This document shows, piece by piece, positions 63,333-64,000 of a DNA stretch of 64,000 nt (position 1 is its first letter; every line of letters begins with the position of its first letter). This stretch comes from a bacterium. Lineage in GTDB: Bacteria > Hinthialibacterota > Hinthialibacteria > Hinthialibacterales > Hinthialibacteraceae. The position numbers were made by a program, and so were the translations under genes. The stretch is from positions 1,056,001 to 1,120,000 of the forward strand of contig CAXXMV010000002.1 in the NCBI GenBank assembly GCA_963662285.2. The letters run 5' to 3'. Below the pieces are notes generated by a model. It searched no databases, had not been told where the DNA came from, and was given only the letters and a program-made list of their open reading frames with translations.

Positions 63333-64000
63333 ATGGATTATAGTTTTGACGAAAAGCAAGAACTTAATAAGAAATTGCGCGAAGAATTATCCCGCCAACA
63401 AGCGGATAAACTGGGCGTTGATGCTTCTGATATGATGCAGCGCATCACAGACGGGAAGAGCGCTTGGGTTAAGAAATCTGAGATATATGTACAACTGGAT
63501 AAGCAGCGTAAATTGGTGGCGCCACAAAAAGCTATTCGTGCGCTGAGGGGTGGAGAAAACAGCCTGGTATCACGCATTAAAAAAGAGGTTGGAATTTGTC
63601 AAGAACAAATTACCGATCTATCCCAATCCGGCGGTGCGCAATCTAAAGGATATAGTGATTATAAAATATTGATCCCTAAATTAGAGAATCGCACCCGGAA
63701 TATTGCGTCCAGACTTGCTGAAGTGGAATCGCGAATTGAACGAGTGAAAGCGGCTGATCCGGTATTTAAGCAAGCAGAAATAGTTCTTGGAGAGATTCAT
63801 CAAGCCAAAGAGAAACAGGATGCAGTGAAAACCCAGCAATTACTGATTCAACATCAAGACCTTCTTGTTCGCTATGAATCGCAGCGCAAAGGTCTTGCGC
63901 CATATTTGGAAGAAGCGAGTAAATTTCGGACTGAATTGCAAAAAGAGTATTGGCAAATCATGCAAATTCGATTCAAATTGCAAACCATATCTATTCAACT
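63333..64000 (+). CDS. Hypothetical coiled-coil protein, 3' end outside window
   Basis: Translated by hand from ATG 63333 (MDYSFDEKQELNKKLREELSRQQ...); open to the window end; rich in E/K/Q/L. Confidence 0.8.
   Translation, partial: MDYSFDEKQELNKKLREELSRQQADKLGVDASDMMQRITDGKSAWVKKSEIYVQLDKQRKLVAPQKAIRALRGGENSLVSRIKKEVGICQEQITDLSQSGGAQSKGYSDYKILIPKLENRTRNIASRLAEVESRIERVKAADPVFKQAEIVLGEIHQAKEKQDAVKTQQLLIQHQDLLVRYESQRKGLAPYLEEASKFRTELQKEYWQIMQIRFKLQTISIQ

Overview
64 kb of bacterial chromosome; no rRNA, tRNA or CRISPR array seen. 1-11.6 kb is an accessory segment: a 5'-truncated GH13 amylase, a secreted LTD-CotH protein ending in VSDWQLY, and an RNase HII-YraN fusion. The fusion's 3' end is duplicated in diverged form around a HigB/HigA-like toxin-antitoxin cassette. 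Then come a truncated two-gene cargo, an APH-family kinase, a 2.3-kb frameshifting IS and a GT-C membrane protein. 11.9-41 kb is rpoBC (own promoter and long leader, no upstream rplKAJL), followed by the str, S10, spc and alpha clusters. This core has three unusual features: a ~450-aa beta' trigger-loop insertion, uS12 with KVKDLSS in place of RVKDLPG, and an EF-G with degenerate domain IV loops. 41-64 kb holds a hemolysin-III protein, an ACP / ADP-forming acyl-CoA ligase / nagB / DUF4954 cluster, an alternative sigma-70, smc, mreBCD-mrdA-rodA, purL-purQ and a partial coiled-coil ORF. smc has NrdR-like boxes upstream and is flanked by two sRNA-like structures. Intergenic regions carry MITE-like elements with REP-like hairpin cores, including two 119-bp copies of one family. 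All family assignments come from reading motifs by eye, not from database searches.
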